Of a stretch of 64,000 nucleotides of DNA, positions 30,724 to 39,278 are shown piece by piece. Under the pieces are notes generated by a model that saw only the letters and a list, made by a program, of their open reading frames with translations, was not told where the DNA came from and did no database searches. Location: positions 18,645-82,644 of the forward strand of contig CAYUWG010000008.1 of assembly GCA_964448285.1 (NCBI GenBank), given 5' to 3'. The position numbers and the translations under genes were made by a program. The DNA comes from an uncultured Chromatiales bacterium. Its GTDB lineage: Bacteria > Bacteroidota > Ignavibacteria > SZUA-365. Position 1 is the stretch's first letter, and each line of letters begins with the position of its first letter.

Positions 30724-32394
30724 ATGTCAGACAATAAAATCATCTTCTCCATGATCGGCGTTGGCAAAGTCGTCCCGCCGAACCGATACATCCTCAAGGA
30801 CATCTACCTCTCGTTTTTCTACGGCGCGAAGATCGGCGTACTCGGTCTCAACGGCGCTGGGAAATCCACGCTGCTGAAGATCATCGCGGGGCTTGACCGC
30901 GACATCCTCGGCGAGATCACATCGGACAAAGGAATCACGTTCGGCTATCTGCCACAGGAGCCGGAGCTTGATCCAGGCAAGACCGTCCGCGAAGTGATCG
31001 AAGAGGGCGTGCAGGACGTCGTGAACGTCGTGAAGGAGTACGAAGCGGTGAACGCGGCCTTTGCAGAACCGGACGCGGACTTCGACGCACTGCTCGAGCG
31101 ACAAGCGAAACTGCAAGAACGGATCGACCATCTCGACGCATGGGATCTCGACAGCAAACTCGAAATGGCAGCCGATGCTTTGCGCTGCCCGTCGGGAGAA
31201 ACACCGGTGAATGTGCTTTCAGGCGGGGAGCGGCGTCGCGTCGCACTGTGCCGTCTGCTCTTGCAAAAGCCCGACGTGCTTCTCATAGACGAACCGACCA
31301 ACCATTTAGACGCGGAGTCCGTCGCGTGGTTAGAACAGCATCTTGCGAAGTACGAAGGCACCGTCATTGCCGTCACGCACGACCGCTACTTCCTCGACAA
31401 CGTCGCGGGATGGATTCTCGAACTCGACCGGGGCGAAAGGATTCCGTTCAAGGGCAACTACACTTCGTGGCTTGAACAGAAGCAGGAGCGCTTGCGCGTC
31501 GAAGAGAAGCAGGAGTCGAAACGGCAACGCATTCTCGCGCGCGAGTTGGAATGGGTGCGCATGAATCCCAAAGGCCGTCACGACAAGAGCAAAGCGCGCA
31601 TCGCGGCGTACGAAAAGCTTCTCACCGAAGAACAGGAGAAGCGCAACGAGGAGATGGAGATCTTCATTCCCGCAGGACCGCGACTCGGCGACGTCGTGAT
31701 CGAAGCGAAGGGCGTCTCGAAAGCGTTCGGGGACAGATTGCTGTTCGAGGGTTTGGACTTCTCGCTCCCACCCGGCGGCATCGTCGGCGTGATCGGTCCG
31801 AACGGCGCGGGTAAGACGACGCTCTTCCGCATGATCACGGGACAGGAACGTGCGGACGCGGGGACGTTCAAGATTGGCGAGACGGTGGCGCTCGGCTACA
31901 TCGACCAGAACAGACCGCTCGATGGGGAGAAGACGATCTATCAGGAAATCTCCGGCGGCGACGATCTCATTCGCGTGGGAAGCCGCGAGGTGAATGCGCG
32001 CAGCTACGTGGCGCGGTTCAACTTCAGCGGCAGCGACCAGCAGAAACAGGTGGGGCTGCTCTCCGGCGGCGAGCGCAACCGCGTCCATCTCGCGAAGATG
32101 TTGAAGGAGGGTCCGAACGTCCTCCTCCTCGACTAACCGACGAACGACCTCGACGTGAACACGCTCCGCGCGTTGGAAGAGGCGCTACTCAACTTCGCCG
32201 GATGCGCCGTGGTGATCTCGCACGACCGCTAGTTCCTCGACCGCATCGCGACGCACATACTCGCCTTCGAAGGCGACAGCCAGGTGCGCTGGTTCGACGG
32301 CAACTACGCGATGTATGAGAAAGACCGCAAGCAACGGTTGGGCATCGAAGCGGACAGGCCACACAGGATTAAGTACCGGGCGATGACGAGGTGA
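30724..32394 (+). pseudogene. ettA: ABC-F translational throttle EttA with two in-frame stop codons
   Basis: Two ABC cassettes are present (GLNGAGKST ... LSGGERRRVAL ... LLIDEPTNHLD; GPNGAGKTT ... [11 protein letters not shown]). The second Walker B reads LLLD-TAA-PTNDLD, with TAA at 32134-32136 where Glu is expected. HDR-TAG-FLDR has TAG at 32230-32232 where Trp is expected. The frame continues to the TGA at 32392-32394 with a canonical EttA C-terminus. Confidence 0.75.
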
Positions 32395-32536
32395 GAGGGA
32401 TAGAGTTGGCTCACTTTGAAATTATGCTGATAGCATTAACCCATCAGCATGAGTCGATAATGAAGACGAATTCCTTGAAATTATACGTTGCAATTCTCTT
32501 TAGCAGCGTGCATTTTTCCAATAAGGAGATGACCCA

Positions 32537-32743
32537 ATGAAATTCACAATAACCATATATCGCGATGAAGACGGCATGTTTATCGCCGAATGTCCTTCAA
32601 TTCCCGGTTGCATCAGCCAAGGAAGGACTGAGGAAGAGGCACAGTTGAACATTCAAGATGCCATCAAAGAAGCCCTTGAAGCTCGAGCTGAGTTGGGTAT
32701 GCCCCTTACGATTGCGACCAAACAAATCGATGTTGCAGTGTAG
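32537..32743 (+). CDS. hicB: HicB-family antitoxin
   Basis: MKFTITIYRDEDGMFIAECPSIPGCISQGRTEEEAQLNIQDAIKEALE (UPF0150/HicB fold). Its TAG stop overlaps the hicA ATG. Confidence 0.7.
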   Translation: MKFTITIYRDEDGMFIAECPSIPGCISQGRTEEEAQLNIQDAIKEALEARAELGMPLTIATKQIDVAV

Positions 32744-32971
32744 ATGCCGCCAGTTCCTCTTTTGCGCCCCTCGGAGGTCATCAAGATATTCGAGAAACTC
32801 GGATGGAGAGTAGTGCGCCAACGAGGCAGTCACATCATTCTCACCAAGACCGGACAGATTGCAACTCTGTCGGTTCCAAATCATGAACAGATCGCGCGTG
32901 GCACCCTACGCGGCTTGATCTCAAAAGCCGGATTGACCATCGAACAATTCCTCGAAGCATCTGGTCACTAA
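32744..32971 (+). CDS. hicA: HicA-family mRNA interferase toxin
   Basis: [26 protein letters not shown]....[23 protein letters not shown] is the canonical HicA/YcfA motif set. Confidence 0.75.
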   Translation: MPPVPLLRPSEVIKIFEKLGWRVVRQRGSHIILTKTGQIATLSVPNHEQIARGTLRGLISKAGLTIEQFLEASGH

Positions 32972-33004
32972 CCTCTCGCCGTATTTACCCGCGCACCCGA
33001 AGCA

Positions 33005-33393
33005 ACGTGGCGCGGTTCAACTTCAGCGGGAGCGACCAGCAGAAACAGGTGGGGCTGCTCTCCGGCGGCGAGCGCAACCGCGTCCATCTCGCGAAGATGT
33101 TGAAGGAGGGTCCGAACGTCCTCCTCCTCGACTAACCGACGAACGACCTCGACGTGAACACGCTCCGCGCGTTGGAAGAGGCGCTACTCAACTTCGCCGG
33201 ATGCGCCGTGGTGATCTCGCACGACCGCTAGTTCCTCGACCGCATCGCGACGCACATACTCGCCTTCGAAGGCGACAGCCAGGTGCGCTGGTTCGACGGC
33301 AACTACGCGATGTACGAAAAGGACCGCAAGCAACGGTTGGGCATCGAAGCGGACCGGCCGCACAGGATTAAGTATCGGGCGATGACGAGGTGA
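33005..33393 (+). repeat. 389-bp perfect direct duplicate of the ettA 3' end (copy E2)
   Basis: Near-identical to 32006..32394. It carries the same TAA and TAG and ends at the same TGA. Confidence 0.9.
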
Positions 33394-33521
33394 TAAGTAT
33401 CTAACGGCTATGCGTTTCAGCGGCGCCGACGATCACCTACCGGCGGAGGTACCCCAGGCACCTGCGGCGTCCGCTGGAAAAGCTTGTTAGATTTTGCGGC
33501 ACACCTATCCTGTATTTGCCA

Positions 33522-34148
33522 TCAAAGCAACCCTACAAAGAAAGGGGTGTAGGAAAATGAAAAGACGGATCGACCTTCTCGCATATCCCATAGAAACTCC
33601 TTTAGCATGTCCGCCCACTCTGCCCAACTACGGTATGTTCCATGGTCCTGAATCCACTCACCAAGATGTGCCTCTTCGATCATCTGGACCGGTAGACCGG
33701 CATCGATAGAGGAGGGGTGCTCCAATAGTGGGACATCCATTACAATGTCCCCGACCTCCTCGGATACCGGGTGCAGATGACACCACAGCACCCGCGCCTG
33801 ATTGTTCAGATCGAATAGCGATGTCACGAGTGGCACGGCAGCCAAAACCGGGATGCTGAAGTGGTACCCTACATAGGTCGCTCTAAAGAGGGAGTGATTG
33901 AACTTAACCTGGATGTGCTCATCTCCTGTATCCAACACCTTGGGGCGTCGGGCGAAAATCGCGACGACCTTCAGAGTAATGCCATCACCACCCGCTACTC
34001 CGACGCGACTTCCCTCGCGACTGGACCAGTAGTAGAAGGGTAACGCACGCATACCCGCGCCACCAAGTGCCCAAACAGCTCTCGGGACGAGGAAGTACTC
34101 CACCGTCCGCTCGTTCATAAAGCCGATCCGTCTTCGTTGGCCCATCAC
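33522..34148 (-). CDS. hypothetical protein (4th gene of kinase operon)
   Basis: 208-aa ORF in GC-rich DNA, co-oriented with the upstream genes. No motif recognised. The start is uncertain (possibly the ATG 30 nt downstream). Confidence 0.4.
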   Translation of the reverse strand: MMGQRRRIGFMNERTVEYFLVPRAVWALGGAGMRALPFYYWSSREGSRVGVAGGDGITLKVVAIFARRPKVLDTGDEHIQVKFNHSLFRATYVGYHFSIPVLAAVPLVTSLFDLNNQARVLWCHLHPVSEEVGDIVMDVPLLEHPSSIDAGLPVQMIEEAHLGEWIQDHGTYRSWAEWADMLKEFLWDMREGRSVFSFSYTPFFVGLL

Positions 34149-34254
34149 GCCTACATAAATCTAACGCTCAGCATCAGAGGCGGCGCCCACCGCCGTCCGC
34201 TGCATGCTGTTGTTAGCCGGAAGATGCCGGTCAGTGTTATCGGGAATCTTTGGT

Positions 34255-35544
34255 TCACTGCAGGCTGGTCCAACGCCGTCGTAGTACCGGCCCTCGTTGC
34301 TTGTCCAGCATGGCGAGCGCCGCGCGGTTCACGTCGAGAGAGTCGGTGAAGTCCCGGTTGGCGCCGAGCACGCCATTCGAGCCGAGAGTGTGGAGCAGGT
34401 CCTCGGCGTCGTTGAGCGTCTGCTCTTGGGCCTGCCACGCCTCGTCGTACTCTGCCGCATTCAGTGCTTGCGCCTGGCCGCGAAGAGCGTGCAAGTAGTG
34501 GCGGAAGGCCGCCTGCTCAGAGAAGCGTACGGAGGACGGCTGCACTCCGCTGAACAACGGGTCAACATAGCCGCCGTCGAATTCAGACGGTGGCTTCATG
34601 AGATCGAGCACCCCCTGCTCGTAGGCCACGTCGAGGAACGGGATCTTGTATTCCGAGAGGGCCCACGGGCAGTAGTACCACGTCGCTCGGCGCCGGATCT
34701 CCTCTTCATAATCCTTGTTGAACTTCTCGGGCGGGAACGACCGCACGTTCATCCACGTCCCGGAGCAGATGGCATTCGCTCCTGCGACGTGCGAGACGAG
34801 CATCTGATGATTGCAATAGCCGAGGATCACCTGCGCGCCCGCAAGGCGCAGCCCAGCCGTCAAATCAAGGACGTGCGCGAGCCAGATGGCGTCCTGAACG
34901 AGGTAGTCGCCGTTCGGATGTTCGCAGACGATGTAATACCCGTCTGCCCTCCAGCGGGTGACCGCTTCCAGTAGCGCGGTGACCTGCTCGCGGTTTCGGG
35001 CAGAGTCAGCCCCCAGAGCGAGCGTCGAGTACAGCGGTTTGGAATCGCCAGCCAGGTCGCGCGCGGTCGTGAGAAACGACTCATGATGAGCAAGCCAGGG
35101 ATCATCAACGGGATCGGCGAGCATCCCGGGCAGGATGATGGCCTCCGTGCCAAGGTCTTCGTTCAGCTTGACGATCTTGCGAACAAGAGACTCCATCTCG
35201 GGTCCTTTGAAGAAGGATCCCGATGCGAAGTCGGCCGGCCAGAACTCGTGGGAGCATAGTCGCTCATGATCGGCGTGCGGGACATAGAACTGAGGGTCAA
35301 GCAGCGCCTTCCCGCCTTCAACCTCGGCCACGTCCTCAGCCAAGCGCCGGAGTTGCTTGTCGTTCAGGTCGCGAGGGCTCAAAACAACTGTACCTCCACC
35401 CCATTCCGTGAGAAGGTGGCGGCAGTGGTCCATCATCCCGAATCCGAACTGAAGGTGAAGCTCCATCAATGTCCTCCTCCCACGAAGGCGCTTCGGCAGG
35501 GTCCACCGCCGCATGAACATGCCCGCGTGAGCGTACAGCTCCAT
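34255..35544 (-). CDS. hypothetical protein (429 aa), translationally coupled to the kinase gene
   Basis: Its ATG at 35544 lies 1 nt after the kinase TGA (TGAcATG). The gene is GC-rich. No motif recognised. Confidence 0.45.
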   Translation of the reverse strand: MELYAHAGMFMRRWTLPKRLRGRRTLMELHLQFGFGMMDHCRHLLTEWGGGTVVLSPRDLNDKQLRRLAEDVAEVEGGKALLDPQFYVPHADHERLCSHEFWPADFASGSFFKGPEMESLVRKIVKLNEDLGTEAIILPGMLADPVDDPWLAHHESFLTTARDLAGDSKPLYSTLALGADSARNREQVTALLEAVTRWRADGYYIVCEHPNGDYLVQDAIWLAHVLDLTAGLRLAGAQVILGYCNHQMLVSHVAGANAICSGTWMNVRSFPPEKFNKDYEEEIRRRATWYYCPWALSEYKIPFLDVAYEQGVLDLMKPPSEFDGGYVDPLFSGVQPSSVRFSEQAAFRHYLHALRGQAQALNAAEYDEAWQAQEQTLNDAEDLLHTLGSNGVLGANRDFTDSLDVNRAALAMLDKQRGPVLRRRWTSLQ

Positions 35545-35545
35545 G

Positions 35546-36409
35546 TCATTGGACTCCCTCCCGGTCGCAGAGGTCCTTGATCCAATCGTAAGCCTCGCGT
35601 GCCGTCTGGCACCTATGGACGGGGTTCGGTTGTGCCAAGGTTGCCACGAGGTCCGCGAAGTCGCGCGAGATGGGGGCTACTAAGCGCGGAAGTTGATTCT
35701 TGGCAACACGAGCCATGATCTCGAAACCGTCCCGAGCGCCGTCGCGGTGAGGATTGCGGCCGGTAGCGGCCTCATAGAGCGTCACGCCCAGCGCGAAGAG
35801 ATCGGCGCGGGCGTCGATCTCGGGCTTGTCATTGCGGCATTGCTCGGCGGGTGCGTAGCCGATTGTTCCCCAGCCTGCGGGAGCGGCGGTCGCCGTAATA
35901 GAGTCGAGGTCGAGGTGGCGTGCGAAACCGAAGTCGATGAGCCAGAATCCGCCTGCTGGATCGACGATGATGTTCGCGGGCTTCACGTCTCGATGAACGA
36001 TGTGGACGGCTTCCGCTGCGACCAAGGTCTCCGAGACGTGCAGCGCCAACCGTAGGAGTTCGGGACAGGCGAGCGGAGCAACACGGATGCGGCTGCTCAG
36101 GACCTCTCCCGGAATGCGCTGCTCACGGAACCAGACGATCGTTCCTGTATTCCCGGTGAGTTGCCCGTGCTGGAAGATGCGCGGCATCCGAGCAGCATGG
36201 ACCCTGGTAGCTGCCTCCAGCTCCCTCACCGTTCTTGCGGGATCCGTCCCCGGGTGCATGAGCTTGACGACAACCCCGCCGTCAGTCGCGTGCTGCGCAG
36301 CGAAGACCTGCTTCTGACCTCCCGCTGCAATCGCCTGGAGGTCGGTGAGGTCCGGGAACTGGTGTGCGAGCCAAACCGGATCTACCTGGGAGGGGATCGG
36401 CATAATCAT
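35546..36409 (-). CDS. Hanks-type serine/threonine protein kinase (kinase domain only)
   Basis: VVVKLMHP (VAIK-like Lys), catalytic loop HRDVKPANIIV, DFG (LIDFGFARHL) and APE-like GTIGYAPAEQ. There are no additional domains. Its start overlaps the upstream gene's stop as ATGA. Confidence 0.75.
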   Translation of the reverse strand: MIMPIPSQVDPVWLAHQFPDLTDLQAIAAGGQKQVFAAQHATDGGVVVKLMHPGTDPARTVRELEAATRVHAARMPRIFQHGQLTGNTGTIVWFREQRIPGEVLSSRIRVAPLACPELLRLALHVSETLVAAEAVHIVHRDVKPANIIVDPAGGFWLIDFGFARHLDLDSITATAAPAGWGTIGYAPAEQCRNDKPEIDARADLFALGVTLYEAATGRNPHRDGARDGFEIMARVAKNQLPRLVAPISRDFADLVATLAQPNPVHRCQTAREAYDWIKDLCDREGVQ

Positions 36410-37185
36410 CGGTTGCTGTGGTCCTTGGAGGCACGCCATGCAAGGTCATTGACAACCCACGAGGCGTACGAGCGTGGCAAGCGCGCGGTGGAAGCGCCCC
36501 ATTCCCTGATTCCATCTTGCCCGGGAGATAGTACTCCGATCCCGAGTCGTTGCGCGTCTCGGACCTGCTCCTCGGAAACGCGGGGCACGAGGACGTAGGA
36601 CTTCGATGCGAACCAGGTGTTCAGCCGTGCTTGGTTCAGCACGTCTGCCCACTTCCCGATTTTCGCCTCAACAGCGATAATCTTGGTCGCCGCGAAGGTG
36701 CGTTCGAAGGCGCACGGGAACCAGGCACGTCCGGCGGGTCGAACGAGCCCGGCACCGTGCAACCGTTCAATCGAGTATCGGGCGAAACGGGATCCGAAGC
36801 AGTCCTCAAGTTCTGAGTGGGCGGCTCTACGACGCTGGAAGACGTATTGCATGAGCCGCAGGTCGTCCGGTACGAGATCCATGCGCGATTCGTCCCAGTT
36901 GGCGGTGCGGGCGTCGCGCCACACCACGATGACGAGATCAGGGAACCCGGACTCTAGGCCGGGCTCGCGGAGCACCGTCACACGGCTATCCGGGGCATGC
37001 ACAAGCGGCATTGCGAAGATGAAACCATCCACGAGTTCCTGCTCTGGACCCCGCAAGGTGCGACGGAAGACGATGCCCTTCGGCGCCGAGTCGCGGTCAA
37101 CGATCGTTGGTCTCATGGTGGAGTGCACGTTGGTGATTCCCTCCCGTTCAATCACGCGTACTCGGTCCCTTCGTCCGGCCAACAA
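36406..37185 (-). CDS. hypothetical protein with possible PD-(D/E)xK-like signature (first gene of kinase operon)
   Basis: GFPDLVIVVW ... KIIAVEAKIGKW resembles the D / ExK strands of the restriction-endonuclease fold, with an unusually long spacer. The annotated start uses TTG; the first ATG is 23 codons downstream. Confidence 0.35.
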   Translation of the reverse strand: MLAGRRDRVRVIEREGITNVHSTMRPTIVDRDSAPKGIVFRRTLRGPEQELVDGFIFAMPLVHAPDSRVTVLREPGLESGFPDLVIVVWRDARTANWDESRMDLVPDDLRLMQYVFQRRRAAHSELEDCFGSRFARYSIERLHGAGLVRPAGRAWFPCAFERTFAATKIIAVEAKIGKWADVLNQARLNTWFASKSYVLVPRVSEEQVRDAQRLGIGVLSPGQDGIREWGASTARLPRSYASWVVNDLAWRASKDHSNR

Positions 37186-37600
37186 TAATTAGGCTGATCC
37201 GCATAAACCGCCGGTTTCTCATTTTCTTTCCGCATAAGACTCCATAGAATTATTTGTTCTTCGTCGCATCATGCCTCGACCGTTCGATGTATGTAATGTC
37301 GGGTTTGCAATTCATCATACATTTGCATCATCAGCTTGGGTCGTTTCGCTTGGGTCGTCATGTTGCTATTGTTGTCGCAAGATTACTTGGCACAACGATA
37401 GGAAATCAAAGCCTCAAAGTCAAGAAATGCGGGAAAATACTTTCTACTCCTTCATCTCGCACATACTTGCCTTCGAAGGAGACAGTCAGGTGCGCTGGTT
37501 CGACGGCAACTACGCGATGTACGAAAAGGACCGCAAGCAACGGTTGGGCATCGAAGCGGACAGGTCGCATCGGATCAAGCACAAGGCGATGATTGATAAC
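37181..37600 (+). repeat. composite repeat R1: 74-bp R-left element + IntI N-terminal remnant (30 codons, minus strand) + attI-like spacer with direct repeats + ettA 3' copy
   Basis: The minus strand reads [30 protein letters not shown]-stop and matches the start of the IntI-like ORF at 41880. The spacer carries TTGTCGCAAgattacTTGGCACAA. Then comes ettA-like coding ([42 protein letters not shown]) including GTTGGGC. Confidence 0.8.
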
Positions 37601-37622
37601 CGGGTTCGTTGTGTTGTACTGG

Positions 37623-38732
37623 TTAAACGCCATGGTCTTTCTCCGGCTCTGCGTATGTATCCGGTTGTTTCGGTAGTGCTGCGATCGCGGCGGCGATTTC
37701 CCGGAGATCGTTAACCAACGAACGAACGACAACATCTTTTTCCTCTCCAACTGGGACCTCCAACGAGATGGCAAAATCGTGATCGCTGGCTACGGTAAGG
37801 ATGCCTTTTTTAGTTACCCACGATTCAATCAGCGGGCGCACTTCCTGTCCCCGGCCGAAATCATCATCAGCGAAGACAAGCCAGAGAGGTGTTGTTCCAT
37901 GTGTCTTCCAGAGACCAAAGTGAATCCCGAACCATGCGCCTGCGCTACCTGAGCTTTGAGTCCCCATCACTCTCACATAACGCCCAATTCGCTCCCACGA
38001 CGCTTGCGGACGAAGTCCGCTGATGAGGAGAACCTTCTCGGTTACTCCAAGATCTGTTGTTGCCTGAATGATTGCGCCAAGTTGAAGAACAAAAGCTGAT
38101 GTGCGTTGATCTGTGATCTCGACTCGCGAAACTGGAGCGAAGGCATCTGAGTCTGCCGTGTCACAGAGAGCACGTAATTGGATGAGGTCTCCAATGGTGG
38201 TTGGAGCGCTGATGCACTCGTACTCCAATACGGACAGGACATTCTCCCAAGATGTGAGCGCCAGAATAGGACCAAGTTGTGTATCTGCTGAACGTGCTAT
38301 AGCGACAGCAGCAACACGCTCGGTTGCGGGGATTCCCTCGACTTCAAGTCTCCTGCGCAATTCCCGCCACAGAGTCTGTTCACGTGCGGCCGGACCGACG
38401 ACGAGAAGAACCGTTGGCTGCTGGTACGTTGCAAGTTGCTTCAGGTACGAAACCGGTTGCTTGTCTGTCAGCCCCGCCCAGAACTTGTTCTCCACGAAAA
38501 CGCGTGGTTGATTGTCGGAGAATCCCCACAGATCCGGACGAATCGTTCCTTCGGTTTGCTGAGTCTTGAATCGCAACGACGGGAGTTCTGGGGCAACGCC
38601 TCGAAGAAGCTTCATTATACCTCCTCGAGCGGCTTCGCTCGATTCGAGAATGTATGCAAGCGCATCGGTCGCTACGTCTTCATTCACATTGGAAAACCGC
38701 TTCTGGATGATATGGCTGAGTACAGTCTGCAT
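37623..38732 (-). CDS. hypothetical protein with PD-(D/E)xK nuclease motif
   Basis: [23 protein letters not shown] gives D, then 12 aa, then ExK with hydrophobic strands, the classic restriction-endonuclease-fold core. Confidence 0.4.
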   Translation of the reverse strand: MQTVLSHIIQKRFSNVNEDVATDALAYILESSEAARGGIMKLLRGVAPELPSLRFKTQQTEGTIRPDLWGFSDNQPRVFVENKFWAGLTDKQPVSYLKQLATYQQPTVLLVVGPAAREQTLWRELRRRLEVEGIPATERVAAVAIARSADTQLGPILALTSWENVLSVLEYECISAPTTIGDLIQLRALCDTADSDAFAPVSRVEITDQRTSAFVLQLGAIIQATTDLGVTEKVLLISGLRPQASWERIGRYVRVMGTQSSGSAGAWFGIHFGLWKTHGTTPLWLVFADDDFGRGQEVRPLIESWVTKKGILTVASDHDFAISLEVPVGEEKDVVVRSLVNDLREIAAAIAALPKQPDTYAEPEKDHGV

Positions 38733-38741
38733 CTAATCGAG

Positions 38742-38939
38742 TTAATCATGCTCCTCAACGCCATACGCGTTTGCCAAACTCTTTTGGGACAACTCCAACC
38801 AGGCATTCTGTTCTTCGTCAGACTGCTCAGGAAAAACGATCACGAGAAGCCGAGAGTGTGGTTCTATTTTGAAGGGTTCATCCAACCGTATCTGCTCACC
38901 ATCGAAATGGGCCGCTAATGCTACTGTTTTCATTGACAT
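38742..38939 (-). CDS. small antitoxin-like protein (65 aa)
   Basis: Short acidic-C-terminal protein (EQSDEEQNAWLELSQKSLANAYGVEE) lying 9 nt upstream of the PD-(D/E)xK gene. Its size and composition resemble small type II antitoxins. The family is not identified. Confidence 0.3.
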   Translation of the reverse strand: MSMKTVALAAHFDGEQIRLDEPFKIEPHSRLLVIVFPEQSDEEQNAWLELSQKSLANAYGVEEHD

Positions 38940-39003
38940 TTTCTCCTTAGGTGATAGTATCTATCTGTCTAATGAATTCCAGACCAACTCGCTGGCATAA
39001 TAG

Positions 39004-39216
39004 TCAGGCTGCAACCTGAATGTAGGACGAGTACGCCGATGGTTCAGGGGCGTCGTAACCCTCCATTCGCAAGCCTTCGAGATGAAATTCGATGGCTTCC
39101 TGAATATTTCGTTCGACTTCCTCTTTCGTTCTACCGGTAGAGCCACAACCCGGCACGTCCGGAGAAAATGCAGAGTAACCCGTACGTGTCTTTTCAACGA
39201 CGATAAGAAATTTTTT
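39004..39216 (-). CDS. HicB-like antitoxin (orphan)
   Basis: MKKFLIVVEKTRTGYSAFSPDVPGCGSTGRTKEEVERNIQEAIEFHLEGL is a UPF0150/HicB fold. No HicA partner is adjacent. Confidence 0.6.
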   Translation of the reverse strand, partial: KKFLIVVEKTRTGYSAFSPDVPGCGSTGRTKEEVERNIQEAIEFHLEGLRMEGYDAPEPSAYSSYIQVAA

Positions 39217-39278
39217 CATGGTTTCAATCCAGCTTGTTTGAGGATGTTCTGAGAACACGTCAGACCATTGTGATACGT

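Noticed and set aside
31330-32088. 252-aa minus-strand ORF antisense to ettA
   Set aside because: ettA motifs (Walker A/B, signature) are all in the plus frame. The antisense ORF is an artefact of high GC.
30724-33393. Possible stop-codon reassignment (TAG or TAA read as sense) suggested by in-frame TAA/TAG in ettA and TAG in the epimerase fragment
   Set aside because: TAG and TAA terminate clearly complete genes in the same window (the MBL hydrolase ends with TAG; hicB ends with TAG overlapping the hicA ATG; several genes end TAA). The in-frame stops are therefore pseudogene lesions or consensus errors, not an alternative genetic code.
37254-37714. Plus-strand ORFs 37254..37592 and 37271..37714 (and their equivalents at 44094..44389, 41829..42068)
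   Set aside because: They run through the composite repeat on the strand opposite to the IntI remnant. They arise from the repeat structure rather than an independent gene. Their tails merely read through the ettA arm.
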